A model generated the notes under the pieces. It worked only from the letters and a program-made list of their open reading frames with translations. It was not told the origin of the DNA and searched no databases. Source: Octopus bimaculoides (lineage: Eukaryota). Taken from it: DNA of 64,000 nt. Both the position numbers and the translations under genes were made by a program. Of this stretch, positions 12,087-24,955 are shown one piece after another (position 1 is the stretch's first letter; every line of letters starts with the position of its first letter). Where the stretch lies: positions 147,271,896 to 147,335,895 of the forward strand of contig NC_068983.1 in assembly GCF_001194135.2 (NCBI RefSeq), given 5' to 3'.

Positions 12087-12463
12087 NNNNNNNNNNNNNN
12101 NNNNNNNNNNNNNNNNNNNNNNNNNNNNNNNNNNNNNNNNNNNNNNNNNNNNNNNNNNNNNNNNNNNNNNNNNNNNNNNNNNNNNNNNNNNNNNNNNNNN
12201 NNNNNNNNNNNNNNNNNNNNNNNNNNNNNNNNNNNNNNNNNNNNNNNNNNNNNNNNNNNNNNNNNNNNNNNNNNNNNNNNNNNNNNNNNNNNNNNNNNNN
12301 NNNNNNNNNNNNNNNNNNNNNNNNNNNNNNNNNNNNNNNNNNNNNNNNNNNNNNNNNNNNNNNNNNNNNNNNNNNNNNNNNNNNNNNNNNNNNNNNNNNN
12401 NNNNNNNNNNNNNNNNNNNNNNNNNNNNNNNNNNNNNNNNNNNNNNNNNNNNNNNNNNNNNNN

Positions 12464-12955
12464 GTATGTGTATGTTTTTGTGCGTGCGTGTGTGTTTGTG
12501 TGTATGTGTATGTTGTGTATATGTGCGTTGCTGTGTACGTGTGTGTGCGTGCGTTTGCTATTGTATGTGCGTGTGTTGTTTATGCCCATGTGTGTGTGAT
12601 TGTATGCGTGTCTGTGTGAGTGTGTAGTGTTGGTGAGAAGTGTGTGTGCGTGTGTGTGTGTATGTGGGTGTGTGCGTGTGTGTGTATGTGTGTGGATGGG
12701 CGTGTGTGTGTGGGATTGTGAGTGTTAGGTACGGGTGTGTGTGTGTGCGCGTGTGTGTATATTTTTTGTGCGTGCATGTATGTGTATGTTTTCGTGCGTG
12801 CGTGTGTGAGTATTGTGTATGTGAGAGGTGTGTGTGCATGTGTGTATATGTGTATGTGTGTATATGTGTATGTGTGTTGTGTATGTGTGTGTGTGTGTGG
12901 TTTTGTGTATGTGAGAGGTGTGTATGTGTGGAGAGAGAGAGAGAGAGAGAGTGGA
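12464..12955. repeat. Degenerate (TG)n low-complexity tract ending in (GA)n
   Basis: Direct reading. Confidence 0.9.
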
Positions 12956-13321
12956 TGACCATAACTTTATTTCATTATATGCTACATACTAATTGTTACA
13001 CTTGATATTTGTGTGAATGCTCTTTGAAATATGTGCTACTTATAAATAAATATCTTGTAATCTATAGAAAATTTGATATGCTAAAACCAAGTTTTACTGA
13101 TAAAATTTAGCTACATGGATCAACATATTTGCTATATTAGGACAGCGAGAGTATTAAATTTCATATGCATAATCGACAGGCCTAAAATCTATGCATTATA
13201 AGTACTTAACAGAGCAGCAAATTTGCCACATGCTCAAGGAAAGCTAAAGAAACCGATTAGGATTTTGTTTTCACGAGTTAACTAAGTGGTTACAATAACT
13301 AGAACGATATTAACAGCTACA

Positions 13322-13532
13322 ATGAGTAAAGAAATGAACCCTGAAGAAATAAAAAAGGAAATTGAAAGTAATTTTAAACAATACTTCGGCAAAGATGGAG
13401 AACCTTTATCAGTTTATCAATATAAAGGACACAATATTATGAAATTCGACATTGCAGTTTCAGCTTTATCCAAACTACATATGGTGAAAATCAGACCAGA
13501 TGATATTTTGATGTTTTCCTATCCTGCAGCCG
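13322..13532 (+). CDS. Sulfotransferase-like gene A, exon 1
   Basis: MSKEMNPEEIKKEIE...IRPDDILMFSYPAA(G). Matches the SULT N-terminal (R)xDD...YP PSB region. Donor G|gtcaga, phase 1. Confidence 0.85.
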
Positions 13533-14530
13533 GTCAGATTTTATTATATCGCTTATTGTTAGGCAAAATATTTTTACATTGTAGCCAGGGTATGATTGCA
13601 TGTCTCTGTATGACGTTCATACGTGTACTATTTGTTTGTGTTTGTGTAATTTATTTACATATTTCTATTCAACATACTCTATGTACCCTTCATGCACTTT
13701 GTTATCCTATATTTACTTAGTTTTGTAAAGATGAATATATTTCTCTATTTTTATTTATTCCCTTTTTATCTATTTCTTCCCTTGCGTGTGTGAGGATTTT
13801 TACGTGTCTGCGTGTACTTGCGTATGTATGTATATGGGTATAAATGATGTTTGTACATATGTTGAAACTTTTGACTTACAACTGTCTTGTGTAGCTGCTG
13901 GGATGCCCCTGAGTGTATGCGTGTGTATTCGAGTTCATGTGACTTATCGTTTTCGGCTTTATACCCTTCTCGGCTAGTTCTACTTTTTCAGATTAACCAT
14001 AATAATTATTGACTTCAATACCAACACCTTCGTTGCCAATACCAACACATACACCACCTCTGGCACTCACTTCTACTCATTTGTTTGTTATTACCATCAC
14101 GAACAACACACATACAGCCATCATCACGCTTCAACGTCAACACAGTCGACATCTGACTCGACCAACCCCCGACTCGAACGGCGGTAACTGTATCATTAGC
14201 CCCAACAGCTTTTTTCTCCCCATCTTCTTCACCATGTTCCACAAATTCCAAACGTATACAAGTTCAATTCTGTTACAAAATTGTACACAAAATTCAAATC
14301 TTTAGAATCCTTTTACAGTTTCTGCTTAGACGTAATCCCTACCTTAACTCAAAATTGTAATCCTAAGTGCTAACACGAAACCCAAACTTCAGATGCTGAC
14401 CTTCGGCAGAACAAGAAAGAGCGTAATATGAAAAAAGCGGGGTGGGTGGGAGAGAGGGGGAGGGGAGAGAGGAGAAGGGGAGAGATGTGCGTATCTATGT
14501 GTGTAACAATTTTAGAGTTCGGATTCTCGA

Positions 14531-14589
14531 GTTAGGGTTAGTTTTAGGGTTAGGGTTAGGGTTACGGTTACGGTTAACAGTCTAGTTAG
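14531..14589 (+). repeat. Short interstitial telomeric-type (TTAGGG)n tract with variants, abutting a gap
   Basis: gttagggttagttttagggttagggttagggttacggttacggtt. Confidence 0.85.
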
Positions 14590-15516
14590 NNNNNNNNNNN
14601 NNNNNNNNNNNNNNNNNNNNNNNNNNNNNNNNNNNNNNNNNNNNNNNNNNNNNNNNNNNNNNNNNNNNNNNNNNNNNNNNNNNNNNNNNNNNNNNNNNNN
14701 NNNNNNNNNNNNNNNNNNNNNNNNNNNNNNNNNNNNNNNNNNNNNNNNNNNNNNNNNNNNNNNNNNNNNNNNNNNNNNNNNNNNNNNNNNNNNNNNNNNN
14801 NNNNNNNNNNNNNNNNNNNNNNNNNNNNNNNNNNNNNNNNNNNNNNNNNNNNNNNNNNNNNNNNNNNNNNNNNNNNNNNNNNNNNNNNNNNNNNNNNNNN
14901 NNNNNNNNNNNNNNNNNNNNNNNNNNNNNNNNNNNNNNNNNNNNNNNNNNNNNNNNNNNNNNNNNNNNNNNNNNNNNNNNNNNNNNNNNNNNNNNNNNNN
15001 NNNNNNNNNNNNNNNNNNNNNNNNNNNNNNNNNNNNNNNNNNNNNNNNNNNNNNNNNNNNNNNNNNNNNNNNNNNNNNNNNNNNNNNNNNNNNNNNNNNN
15101 NNNNNNNNNNNNNNNNNNNNNNNNNNNNNNNNNNNNNNNNNNNNNNNNNNNNNNNNNNNNNNNNNNNNNNNNNNNNNNNNNNNNNNNNNNNNNNNNNNNN
15201 NNNNNNNNNNNNNNNNNNNNNNNNNNNNNNNNNNNNNNNNNNNNNNNNNNNNNNNNNNNNNNNNNNNNNNNNNNNNNNNNNNNNNNNNNNNNNNNNNNNN
15301 NNNNNNNNNNNNNNNNNNNNNNNNNNNNNNNNNNNNNNNNNNNNNNNNNNNNNNNNNNNNNNNNNNNNNNNNNNNNNNNNNNNNNNNNNNNNNNNNNNNN
15401 NNNNNNNNNNNNNNNNNNNNNNNNNNNNNNNNNNNNNNNNNNNNNNNNNNNNNNNNNNNNNNNNNNNNNNNNNNNNNNNNNNNNNNNNNNNNNNNNNNNN
15501 NNNNNNNNNNNNNNNN

Positions 15517-15581
<65 letters not shown>

Positions 15582-15828
15582 GCACGCGCACACTGTTTTC
15601 ATTAGTTATCGTCTGTCTGTTACGACTTGGCTTTGTAAACTGATTGAAAGCGCATATGTTCCAGAATGACAGTTTTATAAACGTTATCATCACACTGCCA
15701 TTCCATATTTGTCGCTCACACTACTCAGTTCTCTCCCTCCCTGATATCAGTCACTCTCCCTATATCACCTCATTTCTCTCACACTAATACTATTGCACCC
15801 TTCTCATTTTACCCAAAACTAACCCACC

Positions 15829-16176
15829 ATTGTTGTTGTTGTTGTTGTTGTTGGCACTCCGTCGCTTACGACATCAAGGGTTCCAGTTGATCCGATGAAC
15901 GAAACAACCTGCTCGTGAAATTAACGTGCAAGTGGCTGAGCACTCCACAGACACGTGTACCCTTAACGTAGTTCTCGGGGATATTCAGCGTGACACGATG
16001 TGAAAAGGATGACCCTTTGAATTACAGGCACAACAAAAACAGGAAGTAGGAGTGAGAGAAAGTTGTGGTAAAAGAGTACTGCAGGGTTCGCCACCATCCC
16101 CTGCCGGAGCCTCGCGGAGCTTTAGGTGTTTTCGCTCAATAAACACTCACAACGCCCGGTCTGAGAATCGAAACCA
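15829..16176 (-). mobile_element. tRNA-derived SINE family 1, head truncated
   Basis: Reverse complement of 37947-38330. (ACA)n tail. Confidence 0.85.
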
Positions 16177-16195
16177 TTTTAAAGATGAAGACTTT

Positions 16196-16462
16196 TATCT
16201 AGAGGCCACACCTTTCAATTGAGCAAACTCAAAGTTGCCATGTAAACTCCTCACCACATTTAACATCGTTGTGCAAATTTTCAGGTCAATCTAACCACAT
16301 TTACTAACTTTTGCCTGCACAACTGCGTGTGAGACAAAGTCCGCCCTTTTCAGACTNNNNNNNNNNTTTAACATCGTTGTGCAAATTTTCAGGTCAATCT
16401 AACCACATTTACTAACTTTTGCCTGCACAACTGCGTGTGAGACAAAGTCCGCCCTTTTCAGA
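16196..16462 (-). mobile_element. Helitron 5'-subterminal fragment, duplicated across a 10-N gap
   Basis: Same sequence as 18935-19125 and 33405-33555. Confidence 0.6.
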
Positions 16463-19139
16463 CTAACAGAGAAACCCATCCTTGCTCGGGATTAAAATGG
16501 CATAGTTTTTTTTATTGTTTTACTTGTTTCAGTATTATAACCCGATTTCTTTTGTATCTACTCGGGCCACATTTTAAAGATGAGGAATTCCAAACAAAAA
16601 AAAAAAAAACAACGAAAATTTTATTAAAAATTAGTAATGAAAAAAAGCATGCCAAATGTTTAAACAGTCTTTGAGACGTGATTGGAGAAACCTCACGGAT
16701 GCAGATGTGAAGAGCAAAGAATGACGGGAAAATGCTGGAAAAAAAAAACACAAAACACAAATCAGGTCTCTGCACAAAACTGAAACAGTATAATACGACT
16801 GCACTTACAATGCCTTGGAAAAAATATGGAGGTAGTTGGCTGTTGAAGAATTCAATAGGGTAGATGACGGAATCGTCTGTGCTTTTGTTGGTGTCAATTG
16901 ACTTGAATGAGACATCATCTCCTAGAATCTGATCAAGCAGGTGTTGATTCATTGCGTCAACGGTGACATTATGTGGTGCTAAAATAGCTCTCTCTTGCAG
17001 CCAGTTGTGATCAAGGAATCATGCTTCGAAGTCTGGGAAAACAGATGACACAAAGTTCTCAAATGGCAGACGGATGTGCTCTTCATCAATTCCAGGTGTA
17101 GCTCCATTACTAACTTCCTGTAAGAGTTTTGAGAAATCCACAGAGTCTGTATCACCATTCACATGCACTCTCATGTTAGTAGTCAGGTTTAGTTTCTGGA
17201 CATATTGCCATAGGTAGGATGACTTGATGCATTTATTAACATCGTCAGCTCTAGTGCCTCTAGTGATTACAGGAAGTGTCTGACGAAAATTGCCAGCCAT
17301 CACTACCGTTGCTCTACCCATTATGTGTTAATTTCGATGCAAGTCTTCGAGAGTTCGGTCTAAAGCCTCAAAGGTCACTTTGTAACTCATTGTAGCCTTA
17401 TCCCAAATGATTAGACAGCAATCACAAAGAAGTTTTCCTTTTGAGTTGCCATGATTTATTTTGCATGTAGGATTCTCCTTCTTTGCAAGGTCCATAGGCA
17501 ATTAGAATGCGGAGTGTGCCGTACGACCGCCATGTAACAGTGTTGCCGCAATACCACTTGAGGTAACCACTAAAGCAATCCGCCTGTCTTTCTGCAGCTT
17601 CGCGATGGTTTATTTACTGCAAAAATATTTTAAAATGCAGAGCATGAGGGTTTGTATGAAAGTTGAACTCAAATATGGAGAAATTTTAAAAAATTGAATT
17701 GATAAACTCGGCTTTCAACATTTGTCAGACGGAAAATAACAGTGGATGTCGGTAGAAAACGTGCCTGCAAATCACTACATGCGCTTTGGCTTTGATTGCT
17801 CTGGTTAGTAAGAGAGGTCGCCTGATTGGCAGAAAAAACAATAGACGACATAGATGGGATCTATAAGACGTGTCTGGGCATTTTATTCAGCATGCTAATG
17901 GAAAAACTATCTTTAACGTAGATATGAAGGCAAATTTGCCATCCAAGTTGATTTATAATGATAATAATAGAAGCTGTAAATGTAGAAGGTGACAGTGTAT
18001 TTACAGCAAAGTAAAGTTCTCATTGATGTGCAAGTTAAAAATTGCGTAGTATTAAAGTTTGTATATAATTTTAAATCACTAATGAAGAAATTAAAAAGAA
18101 ACTGAATTGATTAACTTGGCAACAAAATTTTTCAAGCAGAATTTAAGTTTTCAGCATTTAATAGAATGAAAATAAAGAAAGAAATCGGTAAAAAAACGAA
18201 CGTGTGCATGCGTCTCCCTTCTTTGCCATTTAAGGGCTCTATTTCTTTTGAGAGAATACACTGGGCATTTTCAGTTGGAAATATTGTATAACGATACTAT
18301 ATAAGCATTATAAAATTAGTTTATGTTAAATACTAAACAACTGTATGTAAAAGTATTTTTGGTTGAAAACCGAATAACTGAGAGGAAGAAGTCTTTTAAA
18401 TAAGGAGGCTCAATATAAAATTTATGCATTCATTGAGTGTTAAATGGTAATGTTAGAAAGAAAATGTTCTGAGATTATTAAGGTTTCTTGATTTTGAAAT
18501 GCTTTATAAAATAAAATTATTTTTAAAAAGGCACAATAAAAGGGCAGACATGTAAAATATAGCGCTAATATTGAAGAGAAAATAGTCTGTGATTTTTTAC
18601 GTATCATGAATTTGCAATTCTTTACAAAAACAAAATGCATCATTAAGCATTAAATCATCCAAGAGAAATCAACAGCAAAAATTGCAGTCACCAAGAGAAG
18701 ATTCAACTCAAATGAAAAGTGGCTAAATCTCAACGTCAGCTAAACTTACAGAGAGAGAGGCGGGGAGAGGAAGAGTGACAGGGAGATAGGGAAGACGGAG
18801 AGAGTAGAAGCTGTTAGATTCCGTTCTAGAGACAAAGTGAAGGAAAGGGAGGAAAGAAAGAGATTGAGGAAGAAAGGCTGTTGTGTATAGAAAGAGAGGA
18901 CGCAAACACCTGTCAAAATCCACAAACACTTGTCAAAGCCAAACCTTTCAATTGAGCAAACTCAAATTTGCCATGCATGGTCCTCAGTCTGTTCCTCATA
19001 GGTGTGCAAATTTTCAGCTTGTAATGTCTCTATTGCAACTATCAACCTTTTACAAGCTCAATCCGACCGCATTTACTAACACTTTTGCCTGCATAACTGT
19101 ATGAGACAACGTCCACTCTTTTTACAAATATATATTAGA
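16463..19139 (-). mobile_element. Internally deleted Helitron in intron 1 of SULT-A
   Basis: 5' end A|TCTAATATATA at 19139. The 3' end at about 16463-16492 resembles the clean Helitron end at 40002-40035 (CTAG degraded). Contains a helicase remnant. Confidence 0.6.
16840..17600 (-). pseudogene. Helitron PIF1-family helicase remnant
   Basis: IALVVTSSGIAATLLHGGRTAHSAF, LIIWDKATM, FEALDRTL, VVMAGNFRQTLPVI, LTTNMRV, YPIEFFNS. Contains stops and frameshifts. Confidence 0.85.
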
Positions 19140-19994
19140 TAAAATAAATTTCATCGGGTGGACCTGCAAAATGTTGTATGTGCTGTACAAGTACAGATAC
19201 TACGGTGATATATTTCCTCCTGTATATTTTGTATACCATTATAAGTTCACCACTCATCAAATACAATTTGTATTCCTGGTGGAATGTTATTTAGAATGAT
19301 CGTATTTTTGTCCTACCTTTATTGTACTTCCTCTCAAGAAAATGGATTTCGGTTTATTCTTAGTACCATAAAAAGTGCCTTCTGTAAGTCCATACCAAAA
19401 ATACTGTACTGGATGTTGTGTGATAAGATATATGCAGTTGTCTCTGCAGAACTGGTGCCCAATCAGTGACAGTTTTTCTGACAGTAAATTTAGTTCCAGC
19501 GACTGCATCCTTTCATAACGTTTCGTAAATGAAAATCATTATTTTGTAGAACTAATTTGATCTTACGTTTTACTATTGTACACACTGCAAGCGAGGTGTG
19601 GCTGAAGTTTGCTTCCCAACTGCATGGTTCCATACTGGGCATATTTGCTTATAATATACCAAAAGGTATTCACAACCCATGGGACATCCTAGAGTATACC
19701 AAACACACCTAGGGTGTTAAATACTCATAAGGGTTAAATTGTCTGTGTGCACAACCTGAATATTTTGCTGAATGTACTTCAGTACCCAGTAAATCTATTC
19801 AACTAAAGATGGTGCTTACAGGTTAATTCAGCCCAACCTGGTGTATATCATTTGAGCACCCGATTTTCTCCAGAATCCTTAATATTATATATATATCTGT
19901 TTATCAATTCGTTTTGCAAGATTCCTGATGTGAACTCGTGTGTTGAAACAGATATTGTTGTATTTCGGGATGATCATTTTATCTATTTTAAAGA

Positions 19995-20056
<62 letters not shown>

Positions 20057-20074
20057 TCATGTGTTGCGTATGGA

Positions 20075-20890
20075 TGAGGACAGCTGTGTGAAAGAGTGTC
20101 ACACCCTAGCAGTAGAGGGAGCCTGTGAAAGAAGTAGATCTAAGAAGACCTGAGATGAGATGGTAAAGCACAACCTTCGAACATTGGGCCTCACCGAAAC
20201 GATGACAAGTAACGGAGACCTTCGGAGATATGCTGTGCTTAAGAAGACCCGACAAGCCAGGTGAGACGGTAACCGTGGCCTATGCCAGCGCAGCAGCATA
20301 ACCAGCCCATTTAATAGTACCCTTCAATCATTGAGCAATAAACTGCGTTTGCGAAGACCTGTTGAAGCAAGTGAAGTCATTGTCATGGCCGTTGACAGTA
20401 CCGCCCAATTGGCACCCATGCTGTTGGCACATAAAAAGCACCATTCGAGCGTGACCGATGCCAGTGCCACCTGACTGGCTCCCATGCTGGTGACATGTAA
20501 AAAGCAGCATTCAATAGTAGCTGATGCCAGTGCTGCCTGACTGATTCCCGTGCCTGTGGCACGTAAAAATCACCATTCGAGCGTGGTCGTTGCCAGTGCC
20601 GCCTGACTGGCGCCCGTGCCGGTGGCATGTTACAAGCACCATTGAAGCGTGGCCGATGCCAGTACCACCTGACTGGCCCTCGTGCTGGTGGCATGTAAAA
20701 AGCACCCACTACACTCTCGGAGTGGTTGGCATTAGGAAGGGCATCCAGCTGTAGAGACTCTGCCAAATCAGATTGGAGCCTGGTGCAGCCTCCTGGCTCA
20801 CCAGCCCTCAGTTCAAACCGTCCAACCAATGCCATAATGGAAAGCAGACATTAAACAACAACGACAACGACGATGACGATGCTGATGAAA
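20075..20890 (+). mobile_element. RTE LINE 3' fragment (RT end, tandem-unit 3' UTR, GAT/GAC tail)
   Basis: Homologous to 9576-10430 in the opposite orientation. Confidence 0.8.
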
Positions 20891-20949
20891 TACTCCAACA
20901 CACATGCCTCTGCCTCTATTCGTTTTGATCGTTTCTCTTGGCATGTTTG

Positions 20950-21140
20950 AGTTAACACTAGTTTTTACACTATCGACTTTTGATACAGCCTTATTTAAAG
21001 GACAAGAGCCTGCATTTTTGCATGAGTAATTTAGATTTACTCGCTGGATGGGTTTACTGAAGATCATCACTTTTATATTAGGTCTGAAACTGTATCTTAT
21101 TTTCACAGAACGTCTCTTCAAAATTGTCCTATACATATGG
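20950..21140 (-). mobile_element. Penelope-like element C-terminal linker fragment
   Basis: VKIRYSFRPNIKVMI...NYSCKNAGSCPLN resembles the VKxSYSCxPNI...CNC...CPL block of PLE ORFs. Confidence 0.5.
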
Positions 21141-22095
21141 TATGGAGATATGTTTAAGTGGGATAAGCACTTTCACCTGATATTAGTATTAATAATTAGA
21201 GAGACTGAGGGACAAACACAATAATTTTTTGCTTCTAATAATTGTGGACAATGATCATGTGTTGCAAGACTGCATGAAATGTATTGTCTTTGAAAACAAT
21301 GTGTTGTAGTACTTCCATGTTTCTACTCCAAATTACCTTTTCAAGTCACTGCCAGCTCAACAAACAAATCTAGTGAAATCATGAGTTTAGGTGCTGTGTT
21401 GTTATTGTAATATGGCTTTTGTCAAATACACCGGAGTCTTCCAGCTATAAACATTATATAGAAGTCTGGATGACAGCTTCTCCTAATTGATATGCCTGCA
21501 CTATGTTTCTTAGCCTGCTTTTGAAAGGTAAAAAGTAAAGACAGTTTGTGCTGACATTGAGGCACTTGTGTTGCTGGTGTAATGCATCAGAATTCATATA
21601 CATTTATGTTTGAGTGGTCGGGTATGTGTACGTGCTTGCATGTGTGCATGTGCGTGTGTTCTGTGTGTGTGTGTGTGTGTGAGTGTGTGTGCTCCAGGAC
21701 TCTTTTATGTGCTCATGTTGCGCACGGAAGTATATAGACAAATAAATCAATTCCATGATTTCATTTCTGACAAGTGTAATTTAGACACTGAACATTAAAT
21801 CACGTTTCGCAATAACATAGGATTTCTTTTTCAGCATTCACAGCCTTATTACTCACTTAATTTTGCAAACCTTTTAATTTTACAAATTCATTTAATTCTA
21901 TAATTGGAGAAATCTCGAACGCACAACAATTATTCTTTAACTATTGAAATATTAGATTTAATTTCCGTAAACCAATATCTCTGATCACCAAATAGAAGCA
22001 ACTATTCCTTACTACTGTCTTAGGTCGTCAGAGAGATTCATATTTATCCATTTATACATTTGTTTTAATAACTAGGATTGTATATCACATTTCAG

Positions 22096-22413
22096 GATCG
22101 CATTGGATGTTTGAAATCGTTAATATGATATTGAAAGGAAGCACTGAAAGGGTTTCCTTGCTAAAAGAAGACTTACTGTTAGATTGGTCACCATTTGAAA
22201 AGCTAGATTCCATTGAATCCCCTCGACTCTTGAACACGCACCTTCCTCCTGAACTTCTGCCTCAAGAATTGCTAAAGGATCATAAAATGATATTCCTCAA
22301 CCGCAACCCGAAAGCTATGCTGGTGTCGTTCTACAGACATATATTAGACGTTAATTTGTTGAACTACAAAGGAGATTTTCTAAGCTATTTTGACCTTTGG
22401 ATGCAAGGAGAAG
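22096..22413 (+). CDS. Sulfotransferase-like gene A, exon 2
   Basis: ttcag|GA TCG CAT TGG. Reads (G)SHWMFEIV...SPRLLNTHLP...RNPKAMLVSFY...WMQGE. Donor G|gtaagc; 318 nt. Confidence 0.93.
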
Positions 22414-23538
22414 GTAAGCCTATAAAGTTATTGTTACTACCACTACTGCTAGTACTACTAAAGCGGTTCGATAACTTAATTAGCTTCACTGGCCTTCAGA
22501 AGAAAAGATATCTGAAAGTTTGTTTCATACTCTTGTTCAGGTGTAAAAGGGAAATGAAATTAGTTATCCCACTATATTATTTTTGCCTGTATCTCACAAA
22601 GCCATGCATCTACAAATATATCATTATATCTTAACATAGATCTAGTCACAATCAAAGTCATGTACCAATAATGACATTCAACCTAGATGTATAAGCGCAA
22701 CCTTAGACGTTTATCTTACATATTCCTAGTCATCCTTCTTAGAACATAGATGTTCTTCTCAGATAGTGATTAAAAGATTTTTGGACTGCATCTAACCTTC
22801 ATAGATGTAGTAGTGAAGCGTCTGCAGATGAAACACAAAATGAGCATCCAGCTTTGATATTTATGTATTCGATTTCAGTTTAAACTAGAAATTCACATTC
22901 AAAAGCAACAATCTTTTTCTTTTCAGTTTAGCACCACACCCAAGAATCTTTTCTTTGTGGATTCTAATGCTTGTCTCATATTCTCTCAACACTTTTTATT
23001 TTATATTCTCTTATTGATATTTTCTATCTGGTCATAAAATACACATCAAGTCGAGTCTTTTCCTTCAATTAATATATTTTAGATTATATCAGTGGAAGTA
23101 TGTGACTAGAGCACATTTTATCGATTTTGAGGGTGAAAACCAAAGTATATTCTGATCTCATCTTAACTTAGGACAAATTAAATACAACGTTCTGAGATTT
23201 TCAATGCATTATATCTGAAAGTTCATATTTTTATAAAATTTTTTTACCTATTATCAATCACCTCTGTTGTATGCACAGAGATGCCATCAATAAGACTTTG
23301 CAAATATCTATCTTATATACACTAATGAAAATATAAATTTAATAAATTCCCTCTATAATCGTCTGTAAAATATAAAATTTTGTGCCCCCTTCTTCAACAA
23401 AAAAAAAAAAAAGATGCTAAATATATTTTCGTTTTAAACATTGCATTGTATTTATAGTTTAATTTAACAAAGAGGTTGGCTATTCTTTTGAAAGTTATTA
23501 CACAGACATGTTTTCAATTTATTCTTTTAATTTTCCAG

Positions 23539-23636
23539 TACCTTGGGATGATTACTTTAAATATGTTCAGGAAATGTATGCTCTATGTAAAGATAACCCA
23601 AATGCACTTATCATAACTTATGAAGAAATCAAAGCG
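23539..23636 (+). CDS. Sulfotransferase-like gene A, exon 3
   Basis: ttttccag|. Reads (V)PWDDYFKYVQEMYALCKDNPNALIITYEEIKA. Donor |gtaatt; 98 nt. Not in the ORF track. Confidence 0.9.
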
Positions 23637-23939
23637 GTAATTACACATTAATATTTGCTTTAATTGTGTTAATTTTATTATAATTTATTTCATATGTTAG
23701 TTTCTCAAGTATACACACACACACAAAAGAAATGAACAATGACATCATACTTATGAAGTTTTGCTTTTAAATAATTCCGATTAATAAAGTATAATTACCA
23801 CAAAGAATATCCTCCTTCACCTGCCTACCCCATTTTTTTAACGTATTAGTCAGAGAGATTGTTGTACTTGTATAAGAAAATATTTTTATGTTAAATACTG
23901 AAAATTTCGCAATTTCACTTTATTATTTCTCCTCAACAG

Positions 23940-24117
23940 GATATACCCAAAGCAGTGTCACGTGTTGCTAAATTCTTGGAGAAAACAATTCCTGACCAAC
24001 TTACAAAGGATATTGCTGATATGTGTTCATTTGATAAAATGAAATCCGAGAAAAAACTTGTTAGTTCGTATTTACCCAAAGATTCACTCAAAGATGGCGG
24101 TACTGTCTTCCATTCTG
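23940..24117 (+). CDS. Sulfotransferase-like gene A, exon 4
   Basis: caacag|. Reads DIPKAVSRVAKFLEK...DMCSFDKMK...GTVFHS. Donor G|gtaatt; 178 nt. Confidence 0.92.
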
Positions 24118-24754
24118 GTAATTATATTCATATTTTATTTGATCAAACTTTCTAGTAGTTTAATTTCTATAAAGTCTAAGACACATATCTAGTCCTGGTA
24201 GAAGCTAATTTTTGCTATTACTCTATGCTATAGTGATCCAAGCACTACTCATATGAAGGAAACAGGACCGCATGGCACACCAATTAAACAAGAGTAGCAC
24301 TCAGCTAGAACCCTCACTGTCGCTCCAAATGCTAGGACTCACAATTACGAAGGAGTGAGTCCCACAATAGAAAATGTTCCTACATTTGGGATTGTGCTGT
24401 TGCTATGCACATATGTGTCCTAGAAGACATTAACGAAAAGTCACTCGACTAAATGGAATTCAAGCCACAACAAAACGCTCCAACCATTAGTCAGCAGGTG
24501 TACTGTCTTCATTCTCTGTCTTTTCTTTCACTTTTATAATGGCTTCCGATCTTTGATGCTGATTGCTTTGCACCTGTACCATTCAGACATCGGAGACGCA
24601 CGTACATTTTCACCTCGAGTAACCTTCCGCTTTGTCCTCGCCATTATGCTCTGGCCATTTTCTCCAGAATATCCCCATTCTGGAATTTCACAGCCTGTGT
24701 TTCTCCTGGATGTATTGAACTGCAAAAGAGATAAAAATATTTCTTTCTATTATA

Positions 24755-24955
24755 GGTACAAGGCCTGCAATTTGAGGGGAGGGGGATAGTCGATTACATC
24801 AAGCCCAATACTTGACTGGTACTTAATTTATTGACCCCGACAGGATGAAAGGCAAAGTCGACCTCGCCGGAATTTGAACTCAGAACGTAGTAGCAGACGA
24901 AATGACACCAAGTATTTTGCCCAGTGCGCTAACGATTCTTCCAGTTTGCCACCTG
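24755..24955 (-). mobile_element. tRNA-derived SINE family 3
   Basis: gaaaggcaaagtcgacctcg...gaatttgaactcagaac core. Degenerate relatives at about 34190-34290, 61040-61225 and 62300-62640. Confidence 0.65.

Noticed and set aside
16196-16462. Exact ~90 bp tandem duplication
   Set aside because: The copies flank a 10-N gap, so this is most likely overlapping contig ends.
22414-22634. Read-through tails of SULT exon ORFs (also 13533-13720, 24118-24155, 39563-39660)
   Set aside because: They are intronic. Consensus GT donors occur at identical positions in both paralogs.
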